The notes under the pieces were generated by a model, which did not search any database, was not told the DNA's origin, and saw nothing but the letters and a program-made list of their open reading frames with translations. The position numbers were made by a program, and so were the translations under genes. Positions 38,296 through 50,661 of a DNA stretch of 64,000 nucleotides are shown piece by piece. Origin of the DNA: Azolla caroliniana (Eukaryota > Plantae > Polypodiophyta); NCBI GenBank assembly GCA_043228905.1, contig JBHGNT010000001.1:7750001-7814000 (forward strand), in the 5' to 3' direction. The stretch's first letter is position 1. Every line of letters begins with the position of its first letter.

Positions 38296-41200
38296 GTATA
38301 CACACACACACATATATATAATATGTAATTTTTATGTATGTATTATGTATATATGTATGTCAATATACATGGCCGATTCTAATATGTATGTAGTATGTAA
38401 TGCATGTATGTACGTGTATGTACATATTTACATATGGTCATATATATTTGTACATATATTTATGTTTAGTTAGTATGCATGTATAAATGGGTGTAATGTA
38501 CATATATACATATTCATGGATGTAATGTTTGAGGCCCTTCTTGGCTGATTCGGTCTTCGTTGACGAAGATCCGCCCCGTCTTCTTCTTTTTCGGAGTCGG
38601 ATCCGCTCCGATCCGACTCACCATTGCCGGTCTCGTGCTCCTGCATCTTCCTCTTCCCTTTTTCCTTGTGCGTGAACTGTCTCCTCGGTTCCTTGCGCGG
38701 GGGGAACACGGCAGAGTCTCCACTACTCACCGGTTCATCTTTCGACTGGTCTGTCTGACCCAGTCGCTCGTTCGGCCCACTCAACCGAAATGATTCCGGA
38801 CTCTCATCTACAGTCTCGAACCCTTCGTCTTCTAACTGGACCGATTCAGGCTCACTAGCCTCATCCTCCGGTATCGGGTCGGGGTCGGAAGTCGGAGCCG
38901 GTTAGGAGTACCATGATGCCGATTCATCGAACTCGACATCTCGGCTTACTCAAACCTGCTTCGTCCGGGGGTTATAACACTTATACCCCTTTTGCTCATG
39001 CGAGTAACCGACTAAGATGCACTTCTCCGACTTTGCATCCAACTTCCTCCGCCTTTCATCCGGTACATGCACATATGCAATGTTACCGACTATCCGAAGG
39101 TGTCTCAAAGTCGGCTTGCACTCAAAATACAGCTCATGCACGGACACCTTGTCACCAATCCGGTTTTGGATATAGACGGTCGTCTGATTCGCCTCAGCCC
39201 AGTAGAATTTGAGCATGCTCTTCTCCTCCAGCATCGCCCTTGTCGCGTCGATAATCGACCGGTTTTTTCTCTCGGCCACACCTTTTGCTCCAATGTGTAT
39301 TTGCAGCTGAACTCTCTCCGAATTCCTTTTTGCTGCAGATAACTGTTGAATTGGCCGGAAAAATATTCTTTTCCGCCATCCGACCACAGGCACTTGATCT
39401 TCCTCTCCGTTTCCCATTCAACCAGGCTTTGCACGTTCCAGAAACACTCGAAGACTTCGCTCTTCCGCTTAATGAGGTAGATCCATGTGTGCCGGTTGTA
39501 GTCATCAATGAAGGAGACGAAGTATCGACTCCCACCAAGACTAACATTCTGTGTCGGTCCCCATACATCCGAATGAATAAGGTCAAGCTTGTTATGGCTA
39601 CGGTTTCGTTTGGTGGGGAATGGAAGCCGGTGTTGCTTCCCGAGTTAGCAGGCTTCACATATTTGGACCTTCCGGCCACTGAACTTCGGCAAACCGAAAA
39701 CAACTTGTTTCGTTTGTAGGTCTTGAAGCCTGTGGTAATTGAGGTGGCCGATCCGCTTGTGCCAGAGATCAATATCCAATTCAATCTTCTATCCTTTGGC
39801 GAACAAAGCCGTGTTGACGTCATTGGTGTCGAGGATGAACATCCTCCCATCTCTGCACCCTTGCGCAATAATTTGGCCCTCTTCCTCGATGAAGCACCCA
39901 AGGTGCGTAAACCACACCTGCATCCCCTGGTCAACGATCTGACCGACTGACACCAGGTTCTTCGTGATAGTTGAAACGTGTAATACGTTCATCAGCTTCC
40001 CCCTCTGTCCGACGTGGCTCAAAGGGACTTCTCCGACATGCACAATTGGGTGAGGAGTGTCGTCTCCGGTTTCAACGACACCCGGTTGTTCCAGTTTCTC
40101 CAAGAAAGAGAACCACTCTTTGTGGCTCGTCATGTGATTCGACGCACCGGAATCAATGTACCACACTTCCTCTGATTTGGAAGTGGTCTTCTTCATTGAG
40201 TTAGCCTCGTGTTTCATCACCAAGGCTGGCCCTTTACCGGCTTTTCCGGTTTTGGATCCTCCCGATCCTTTTGCGTAGTGCAACTATTGTCGGTTCTCTC
40301 TGTCGGCCTTGCCAAATCCGGATCTATCCGAATCGATGCTCTTCTACCCGCACTCGCTTTCTTTATGGCCCTTTTTACCACAGTACCAACATTCCGTGTC
40401 GGCCTTTGCTTGCCGGCCTCCGCCGCCACCTTGACTCCCCCTGCTTGTGGAGGGTCCGGAATTGTTGTCACTACGTTCTCTGTGCCTTCGGTCCTGCTCT
40501 TGCCAGCCGCTACCATTGCGAGCCGACCAGCCTCGTCCACCACGCCCACGGGGCCGATCCGCCTCCATGTACAACATCCGGTTGTGAGTGGGTGCACTTG
40601 TTGACACACCGGCGTGGTTCTCCTCTACAAGGACCATCGACTGTAAGTCGAAACACGACAACGTATTCTCCCTTGTACATACCACCGTTCGGAACGCTCT
40701 GATACCATGTGAAAGATTATGTGCAGAAGCGTTAGACAAACCGGCCGCAACGGATAGCAACAGAGGGAGAGAGAGAGAGAGAGAGAGATTAACACACAGA
40801 GTGTACGCAGAAGAGATAGAGAAAAAGCAGAACAACTTAAATCTATTATCAACAACTCTATAAAATTCTTTGTTCATACAACGTGCTCAACAACACTATT
40901 TATACAAGTCCTCAAAGGACTGACAGAAGTACAACGTACTTCAATGTTCACACAAGCGTCTGACACTAACTACGAGACTATTAACTACATAGTAGTCTAG
41001 GCTACTACTAGGCTTCCGGTTACTGTTTGATCCAGCTAACCGGCTCCCCAGCTCACCGGCTCGCTGATCCGTCTCACCGATCCGGCTTCATCCTTCCGAA
41101 TGCCGATCCAGATCTGGTTGAGCTTGCCGCTCAACAATTTGATTTGGTATTGCTCTAGATTTATTTATTTTTATTTGGTATGCGGCCAAAAAAAAAAATC

Positions 41201-41626
41201 AACATGTTCAAGTTGACATTGGCGTTGGTAGGAACGTGACCGACTGAAATATTCAAATTCCGGTTAGGTTCATGAGAAGTAGGAAAATTTCCGGTATGGG
41301 CTAGAGACTTTGCCTAACACTAGTCAAACGAAATATATTAGATCCGTAAATCCCCATTAAAACATCACACTTATTGTTGTTATCTATCTATTAGAACTAA
41401 ATATAATAGATCCCCAAATCATCCCTTCCCATCAAACTCATTAGGCTATACCTCTCTACATTCACTACCTCCTTAACTCCCACATCCTCCTTTGTGCACA
41501 TTCAAAACCCCTCTCATCCATCCCCACCACTCGCCTTCTCTCTTCTTTCGTCTTCCCTTATATAAGCCTCTCACATTTTTGTATATGGTCTTTAGCATTG
41601 ATGAGCTCATATAGAGCAAAACATGT

Positions 41627-41831
41627 TTGCCAAAAGACCTTTTTCTTACATAAATTTAAATTTAAATTTTCTCTCTCACACACTCTTCTCCTCCCCTACT
41701 ATTCTCTTTTATACTATTCTTTAGGTACCATACTATTTAACCTAACTATTTAACCGTCGAGGGTTATACGCTCGCACTCCTTGCTTAGTTGCCAAAAGAC
41801 CTTTTTCTTACATTATAAATTTAAATTTAAA

Positions 41832-41890
<59 letters not shown>

Positions 41891-41990
41891 TCCCCTATTA
41901 TTCTCTTTTATACTATTCTTTAGGTACCATACTATTTAACCTAACTATTCAACCATCGAGGGTTATGCGCTTGCACTCCTTGCTTAGGCC
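41627..41990. repeat. Two-copy tandem duplication (~160 bp) with (CT)n expansion in copy 2
   Basis: TTGCCAAAAGACCTTTT...GCACTCCTTGCTTAG occurs twice. Confidence 0.8.
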
Positions 41991-42035
41991 ATAAGGCCAA
42001 CAACTACTAAAGAATCCAATTTTATAATATAGAAT

Positions 42036-43185
42036 GATTTAAGGAGGCTTACTCCTTTTTTACATTAAATCCAAATGTATTAAAGGACGATGAGGGGGCT
42101 CATTTTGAGAGGACTTTTTGGGGAGGAGACCATCACCATTTTCATTTTGAGAGCTCTTCATCTTTATCTTCATCTTCACCATTTTGGGGACAAACTCTTG
42201 CTCTTCCTTAGCTCATACCCCTTCATCCCCTCTTTGTCACGTGCTCGTCTTCTTCAAGTTGGTGTTTGTGATCACGTGCCTGTGTGCTCGACTTGGTGTT
42301 CGAGTGCTCATGGTCAGTGGTCAACACTTGGTATTTGTCGTCTTCGACTTCGCTTGCATGTGTGCTCACGTGTTCGATGTTTGCTACTTGACTACATCTT
42401 CCTCCCCATCCCACAAGATCCTTCCATGTTTCTTTCTTTTTTTGTCCTCCATACTCGTGTTCGAGCTTGTGTTTTGCTCGAGTCCCTTCCATTATAATCT
42501 CTTGATTAGCTCTTAAGTCGTATCATAAAAATGTGTGCTACTTCCTTCTTCTAATAAATTTTGTTTTGAGAACACACCTTTCTTGAGAATGTATGAACAC
42601 TCAAAGGCCAAAGGCCATGACTACTTTCTAACATTAACTATAACTAATGAGTTTCTATATTCCCCATGTCACATGAGCTTCTATAGTTGCTACAGAGTGA
42701 GTGAGTGGTTTAGTGAGAGGGTGACCTTATATAAAGCACCCTCCTCATACTTTGTAAAGTGTCGGTTAATCTTCTATGTAATGTTATTATCCTTGTACTT
42801 GTTATGCTCTACTCATGTCAATATACATCTTGAGTATTCTATTTTCTTATCTATCTTGTGTCTCTCCTCTCTCCTTTTTTACACACACATACCACACCTC
42901 TCTAATCTATTCCGCTGGATAGAATCACACTCAATTCTTTACACGTCATTCTTTCCTATAGTGTTGATGTAGGATCATTGCCTTAGGTCAAGCACTAGGT
43001 ATCAAATATCTCTTAACACAATTTGCAACAGATATGTATCAAATACTTGTGCTCTAATCTCCAAGTGCTAGGTTTCTCTCAAATAACGACAACTCAAATT
43101 CAAAAAATAATTGAGCCAACGTTAATTTTCTTCATACCTATGTTGAAATCCTTGTATTTGAAAAGGTGAAGATTGCAATTTCCTC
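42036..43185 (+). repeat. Dispersed repeat, longer copy of 26660-27365
   Basis: Shared blocks as noted for 26660-27365. Confidence 0.75.
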
Positions 43186-43458
43186 CTCTTGATAGTAAAA
43201 TATAAATCACATGGTGACTTTTTGTATTTTCAATAGCTACTGCCATGACTTGGAAAAACCCACATTAACTAATAGGCCATTCCATTCACAAAGAGGTAAC
43301 ATGTTGTACCTAAAAGTTTTCGAAAATTATGTTAAAATAGGCCAAGAACTAGAACCTCCTATGTATAAATTGAAATTAAGATAGTGAAAATGTTGAAAAG
43401 GCCAAATTTTCTCACGTTCTACCAAAGCTTCTTGAATGAACTCTTCTAGTTAACCAAC

Positions 43459-43954
43459 AAATAAAACAGATAGAGCAGGTGATAGATCACATCCTTATTT
43501 CACTCCCATGGTGAGCATGATCTCTTTAGAAAAGTTATTTTCAATCTTCAACCAACATTTTACTCGATAATATAAGCGAGCCAAATAAAACAGATAGAGC
43601 AAGTGATAGATCACATCCTTATTTCACTCCCATGGTGAGCATGATCTCTTTAGAAAAGTTATTTTCAATCTTCAACCAACATTTTACTCGATAATATAAG
43701 CGAGCCAAATAAAACCGATAGAGCAGGTGATAGATCACATCCTTATTTCACTCCCATGGTGAGCATGATCTCTTTAGAAAAGTTATTTTCAATCTTCAAC
43801 CAACATTTTACTCGATAATATAAGCGAGCCAAATAAAACAGATAGAGCAGGTGATAGATCACATCCTTATTTCACTCCCATGGTGAGCATGATCTTTTTA
43901 GAAAAGTTATTTTCAATCTTCAACCAACATTTTACTCGATAATATAAGTGAGCC
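43459..43954. repeat. 124-bp tandem repeat, 4 units
   Basis: AAATAAAAC.GATAGAGC... starts at 43459, 43583, 43707 and 43831. Confidence 0.93.
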
Positions 43955-44553
43955 AAATTTGCTTCCACATGGAAAATAAGTAGCTTCCTCTAAATAAAAT
44001 AGATGTCAATATAACTTGAGGGGAGAATGAATACCTAAATATGCTTCTAGATGTTTTCAAAGCTCAAAAACTACGCTTACTATTTGTGAAATTAGCCAAC
44101 TAGTTCTGTCAATGTGCATGATGAGTAGACTTGTCTATCACTACCATGTTTATGTTTTGTCTACAACACCTTTAGTTTTGTGTGGAAAAACAGAAGTCCG
44201 TGTAAAACTGAGTTGTAACTTGTAATGTAGGGGCATATTGTTCTTGCGGCCAAGCCGACTATATGAGCAACAAGTCTTCGTGATGATGTTCAAGAAAATA
44301 TGTGGGTGGCTACAATGAAGTCATTCCATACAAACCTAATATCTCAGTGGATGCCCACGATGAAATCAATCCATACTGCCTAATCTCGGTGTATGCATTT
44401 AGGGCGATGGGATTGATTATTAGATAGTGAAGAGTATATTTTCCAAGAGTGTGTACTTTATTCAAATCTACATAATGTACAGCCCAAACGTATTGTAAAG
44501 GATGCAACAAAAGTAAAAGTTCAAATTTTACAATATTTATTACACAACATGAC

Positions 44554-44817
44554 CGTGTCACATGGGAGTGGAGCCCCACCTTTGAAGGTTATGACCTCCT
44601 CCATTAAATGTTAAAACCAATGGATCTTAAGGATTGGGAAGAGAGAAAAGTGATGGAGTGATGATAAGCTCAAGAAATGTTGTGTAAGGCTAAAACAAGC
44701 GTTTAGAGAAAGAGAGGAAAGGAGGGAGGGAGGGAGGGAGAGACATGGCATATGTGCAGGTTGATCAAGATATAAGAGTGCGGGTTGTGAAGGAAGAGGA
44801 TGAAGACAACCACATGG
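44554..44817 (+). pseudogene. Collapsed relic of BAHD type A gene (promoter, first 18 codons, 22 bp of exon 2)
   Basis: 44554-44798 matches 3766-4005 (ATG at 44745, MAYVQVDQDIRVRVVKEE). It is fused at an AGAG microhomology to GAGGATGAAGACAACCACATGG (= 4910-4931), then to the downstream flank equivalent to ~6104. Confidence 0.85.
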
Positions 44818-44823
44818 CAGAGT

Positions 44824-47800
44824 GTTTCAAGGTGGATGATCTTTTTCTTCATACATAAGAAGATCAGCAGGTTCTTGCTAAGAACACGTGAAAAGGATGT
44901 CGAAGTCTACTACGTGGTGCACTGAATCGATATAACCTTAAATTTAAAGTCCTTCGCCTGATGAATCGGATTGACTGGAATGATTGGAGGCAGAGCAATG
45001 GGGCAGGCTCCTTGGGACAGGCAATGATTGGAGGCAAGCAAAGCATTGGGCAAGTTCGTTGGGCAGACAATACATAAGCATGTGATACTTTCTGTCACAC
45101 TAAAAATAAAACAAACATATGGATGCTACTACTACAGTCTACAGGCTACAGTCTACTGTCTGTCGCGAGTTCGAAGTTTGAGCGGACAAAAGTTGAGAGA
45201 GACAGAGATCCCATCAGAGACAGACAGAGATGGGCGGCGGCGGCGGCGAACGAGAGATACGAGTGAGAGTGGTGAAGGAAGAGATGGTGACTCCGGCGGC
45301 GAGGAGCAATCGGAGGAGGGAGAAGGAGAAGAAGAAGCGCAGTGGCGCAGAACAAGAATCTGAGGTTCAAGAAGAAGCTGAAGACATGGCAGATGCAGTG
45401 GCAGCAGCGATCATGGTAGTAGAAGAAGAAAGAGAGCAAGATGATGAAGAAGAAGAAGAGCCGATGCCAATGTTCTTGTCCGCCTCCGACATCTTTTGCC
45501 GCAATGTCCCCCACAACCGCCGCATCCTCTTCTACGAAGCGCCGTCGCCATCGCCATCGCCATCGCCATCACCATCCTCCCCAGGCGTCGGAAACTGCGG
45601 CAGTGATGGAGAGTATGCGGAGATGGTAGGCAGGCTGAAGCGGTCGCTTAGAGTCGCCCTGGACGCTTTCTACCCGCTCGCTGGCCGCCTCCATGTCACA
45701 GACACAGATCGACTCCATGTGCTGTGCGATGACACAGGTGCTGCTTTCGTGGAGGCGGTCGTGGAAGGCGGCGTCAGACTTGCCGACCTCCGCGAGGGAG
45801 GCTTCCAGACTCTGCCATTCTTCCACTGCCTCAGCCCATGGATCGACAGCACACAGTACCTCACAGCCCCCCCCTTGTGCATTCAGGTGTGAATCTCCAT
45901 CTCCGTCTCCGTCTCCATCTTTCACTCTATTCACTTTTTAAAGCTTTCGGAAAGGAACACCAGATAAAAAGACATGGTTGGATGCATTTTTTGAAACTTT
46001 GTGTTAATATGTATTGATGTACATCTCAAATGTGGAGTAATATGGATTAGATCTCAGTACTTTTTTGAATGTCGGATTTCTCCATGGTTCTGTATGCTCA
46101 ATGTTGAGGCCTGTAAATTAGCAATCCGCAGAAGGCGAGAGTCTAAATGGTATAAAAGAAGGGGAATTCATTTATGGAACATTAGTAGATCAAAGCCAGT
46201 CATGGGGTAGTCATCTCATGCCTTAGATATGTAATTGTGTATTAATCCATAGTCTCCACTCAATAAGATCAACCTGGTCATGGGTTAGTCATCTCATTTC
46301 TTAGCAATGTAATCGTATATTCATCCATAGTCTTCTTCATATTGATCCATAGTCTCCACTCAATAAGGTCGAAGCTGGTCATGGGGTAGTCATCTCATTT
46401 CTTACATTTGTAATCTTGTATTCATCCATAGTCTTGTTCATATTAATCCATAGTCTCCATCTCATCTAACTCAACACCTCTCTCATTCTTCCAACATTCT
46501 TCCTGCTCTTCGCACATCTCTTCCTTAACTTCCATCTTGCTAGTCTTGTGACTCCTTTCGCGCACTTCCTTTTCTTGCTTCTTGCTCAAGGCTCATCTTA
46601 TCTCATGTAAATGTTTTACTCATGTCATTCTCTCATTCACAAATAAATGCTTGCTTCATAAATATATGCCTTGCAAAGTCTCAAAGGGAAACACCGTAAG
46701 AACGCCAAGAAGCTTTTAGGTACTTAATGAGTTTAAATTAGCTAAATAGAAGGCATCACGAGATCTACACTCATGCAAAAGGCTTATTTGTAAAAAAAAT
46801 GAGAACTTGCAAAGTATATGCAACAAATCCTCCATACCCAAGAGAAAGCATATGCTTGTGCTGAATCTTGGAGAAAACTAATGGGGGAAACACATTCTGA
46901 GTTATGGTAGCTTAACCCAAGAGAGGTGTTCAGAGTTATGATATCTTCGCCCAAGAGTCGTGTAAGTGCAGTGTAAGAATCTATATAATTAATCAAATAT
47001 GGGAAAGATTGTGTATCATTGTTCTATTTAGTATTTCATTGCTTCTTTGCCATTAGGATATATATGGAAGGTTCAAGTAATTGGCCACCCACTAGAAAGA
47101 AACAAGAATTGGGCTGGCCAATGTTAGTTGACTTGAGGCATTAATGTCCATTTCATGGATATGGAAAGGAAAAAGCTTCCCTATTCTAGAGAAGGACACT
47201 CAAGGGTTTGTGACAAAATATATCTAGATGAAGGTCTTGCACCAAAACAAGTAGCATACTGTGAAGAAATTATGCCATGAGTTCTCCATTCAAGAAGAGA
47301 AAAAAAAAGGTTCTCTAAAATGGTGGGTGTGGTTATATTATGTGCAAGATACGTGCATAACATTGTATGGCCCATGAGACCTCATGCATGTCTACATAGA
47401 ATTACAGTGGTATATTAAAGATACTTTCTAGAACACATATATTGTATTTAAACAAAGATACTTGAACTTAAACCACCGAGCACTTGTACTTGGATCACTA
47501 GAACCAATAATTGAAGCATTGTTCAAGAATTGAAAATTTTGTCTCTTAAATCATTCAAATGACTTTCATACTACATGTGATATTTGACTCCCAACATAGC
47601 GTGCCAAATGAAAACTTTCATTTTCTTACGTTAGTGTTCAAGGTGGATCATCTTTTTCTTTATGTATTAGACAGTTATCTTCTTGCTGTGAAAGTGATAT
47701 AAATGTCGAAAGCAAGTCCTCCACAGTATGTTAAATTAGTTATCCCATCAATGAAATCGGCTAACGTGATTGAAGGCTGCCATTGAAGTGTTTGCTGAAA

Positions 47801-50661
47801 ATTATTATGTGATTAATGTTGTGTTGTTTTTAATAAAAATAGATCAAAATAAAGCTGCATAATAAAGTCAATGTTCTCATAGTTGTGATGTTATATGGGT
47901 GAGGTAATGAGATAGGTGTTCAATTTGTTTAACTCTTAATAATTTCCATTGCTGCTTTAATTAATGTATGATGAAGTGCCATCTTATTGCAATGACAAGT
48001 TCTTAGTCTTTTGTATTGAAATTTAGGTCTCAAGGTTTGATTGTGGTGGAATTGCACTTGGGATTGCACACAGTCATGTCCTTTGTGATGGTACCTCATT
48101 GTGGCACTTCATGAGCTCATGGGCAGAGTGTGCCAGAGGTGAAGCCATTTCCATACCTCCAGTTCATACACGTTCTTTATTGAAGATTGAGAACCCATCA
48201 CCAGAAAAAGCAAGACTACACCTTGAATATGTCGACGATGACGAGGTCAAAAATATTGGTCAAACAGTTTCCGTAAAAATGAACACTTTCTGTTTCAGTA
48301 AAGACATTATCACAAGGTTGAAAAATAAAGTTGGTGGTCAGAACACATCATATGAGATAATATGTGCTCACATATGGCGGCATACCACAAAAGCTAGGGA
48401 ACATTTGCATGGCAAGAAAGTCGGCTTCATTTCGATCGTTAACATGAGAGAACGAGTTGACCCAGCCTTAGGAAAAGCCTATTTTGGGAATGCATTTATG
48501 TGGACAATTGCCACTGCAACATCTGTGGAACTTGAGGAAGAGGACCTTGCCTCAACAGCTGAACGTATACATAGATCTTTGATTTCTTGTACTAATGAAA
48601 CCTTTCATAATTGGCTCCATTGGTTGGAGGTATACGATCGAGATGCCATGTTTGAATGTTGCTCCCTCAATAATGCACGTATTCGAGCATCGAGCTCTCA
48701 TAATTTTCCCGTCTTCAAAGTTGACTTTGGTTGGGGGAAACCTCTGGCAGCTCGATTACCCAGTGCTGATGATCCAGGAAAGATTACTTTCTTCCCTGGT
48801 AAAGATATTCCTGGTAATATTGATGTAGTCTTGGCTTTACCCACCCATGTCATGAATCGGCTAGAAAGTGACAAAGCCTTTACAAATCCTTAGGCCAACA
48901 ATGCTTGCCCTATTTTTTTATTAAGGCTTCACACATTCAAATGGTGGGGACATGCAAACCATAATAATCTTGTTAGTAACATCGATAAATGATCTTGCAA
49001 TAATCATCAATTGCAATGGATTAAGGCAAAATGCATTTTTTTTCATTGTGAACGTATATCATACATTGCCAAAACACTTGATGTCATCATATGCACATGA
49101 GAATTACCTTGTAAATTTGAGTTTTAAAGTTCAGATATGTAATGGTTATTCTAATTTGCAATTATATTGGTATGGATAACTGGTTGTACTGCCTACCAAA
49201 TAGCCTGCACCGCTCCCTACATGTGGAAAGTTTTATTTTTGCGCAATTATATTCAGAATGGATGGATCTTTTTGTAGACCTCTTCCCTCAGAACCAAACT
49301 TAGTTTCCTACCTCATGGCTCTAATAAATGTTTCAGGTTGGCTCATTAGCAAACTATCCCTGTGGATGAGGAAAGATAGTAAACCAATTTCTGATTTATA
49401 GAAGAGTTAGAACTAGTTACCATGGGGGTTTCAAGCCCTTCCTCTTTCCAGATGTTCTTTCCATACTCAAGAGAAGGATTTGTATACCTATATATCTAAA
49501 CATCCCTCTAAGGCAAATTATCTTATTAATTGTGAATATGGATTCATTCAGATAGATTGTTCCTTTGGGATTTTGAACCATCCTATTCCTTCTGAATATG
49601 GATCCATTCAGATAGATGGCTCCTTTGGGATTTTCTACAACATGGTTCATAACCCCTATTTTTCCAATCGACCTTACTACAGAACAGATGGTGTAACTTC
49701 CTTCTAAACTCATTGTACCATATCTTTAATGATGAATCTTTACAGTGCTAAATCTTTCCATTTAATCGACATTTTATTTCAACCTAGTGGTAACATTGCC
49801 CACAAACAACCTTAGCAGGCATTGATTGTCATTCCGGGTTCAAACCCCCATTACATTGGACCTTGGTAGATATATAATATTCGCATGTAGACCTTGTGGC
49901 CAAATTCTCCCAAAATGCATCAGATGTATAGATGTAAAAAAACAGAAGACTACCGAAAACATTTAGTGTTTTCCAACTATTAACTGAATATTTAATGTGG
50001 CTATAATTTATAGATAAAGAAAAGTCTCATACTGCAGTATAAACAAAATATACATCACTTTTATTATTATAGACTTCTCTTTTATAGCATGAAACGTGCC
50101 CAAGAAAACCTTCAACACGAACAACAAAAGCCTCATTCAAATGTATTAGAGCTAACAAAATAGAAGCTCAACAAGTTCCATTTATTTCTCTTATCATAGG
50201 AACAAAGTATCACAAAATTTGGGAAGTTGATTGGGTCATGCCGTTGCTCTTAGAGAAACAGCCCTATAGCACACTCTCTTCGCAGCACGCACAATGTCAT
50301 CGATCTACAACCATGAAAAAACCTTGAATTAGTGTTTCATGTCCACTTCTGAATTATTCAAGGAAAACCAAAATGTCCTAAATTACCAAACCAAGCCCCA
50401 AGGTTACCTCCATATTTTTGGAATGATAAACAAACATCAAGAGTGCAAGTGAAACCCTAAACCAAGAAATCCGCAAAAGTGCAAGTGAAGCCCTTGGACT
50501 AATGTTTTAACTCCACATTTTCTGAACATATTTTGAGCACTTAACTTATAAGCCATTACATTAACTAATGTTACGCAAAAGCTTCTGGAAAGAGGGAACT
50601 ACAGAAGAACACCAAAATACCCCTAAGTTTCTATGAGTTCCAAGAATGCCCCTCTGCAAAC
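44824..50661 (+). repeat. Segmental duplication copy 2 (paralog of 6104-10597)
   Basis: See copy 1; includes the BAHD-B intron, exon 2, intergenic region and the last 13 codons of the PDH E1-beta gene. Confidence 0.9.
45230..48893 (+). CDS. BAHD acyltransferase, type B; exons 45230-45886 and 48027-48893, ~507 aa
   Basis: Exon 1: RILFYEA, FYPLAGRL, CDDTGAAFVEA, PPLCIQ, then GTGTGA. Acceptor TTTAG, then VSRFDCGG, HVLCDG, VDFGWG. Phase-0 Q intron; open frame. Confidence 0.93.

Larger units (their letters stand above)
34020..38530. repeat. ~4.5-kb (TG)n/(TA)n/(TATG)n compound microsatellite tract with higher-order duplications
   Basis: Alternating purine-pyrimidine low-complexity sequence; the many overlapping H/T/Y/I and C/V/M ORFs are artefacts of it. 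Confidence 0.95.
29179..41136 (-). mobile_element. Degenerate Ty1/copia element with both LTRs and a ~6.9-kb internal foreign insertion
   Basis: LTRs 40708-41136 and 29179-29645; TSD ATTTG at 29174-29178 and 41137-41141; PBS at 40696-40707; PPT CTCCCCCTCAAG at 29646. gag knuckle CWYCGKKGHKESEC, PR WYIDSGAS, INT (38940-39790), RT/RH (30245-31660), with many frameshifts and a large gag deletion. Confidence 0.93.

Noticed and set aside
33894-38473. Dozens of long overlapping ORFs rich in H/T/Y/I or C/V/M
   Set aside because: They are translations of stop-poor TG/TA microsatellite and a 156-bp tandem repeat, with no protein-like complexity apart from the MAPK exon remnant.
43459-43954. 124-bp tandem array as a functional locus (5S rDNA-like size)
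   Set aside because: AT-rich with no 5S rRNA or other RNA gene motifs; treated as a plain local tandem repeat.
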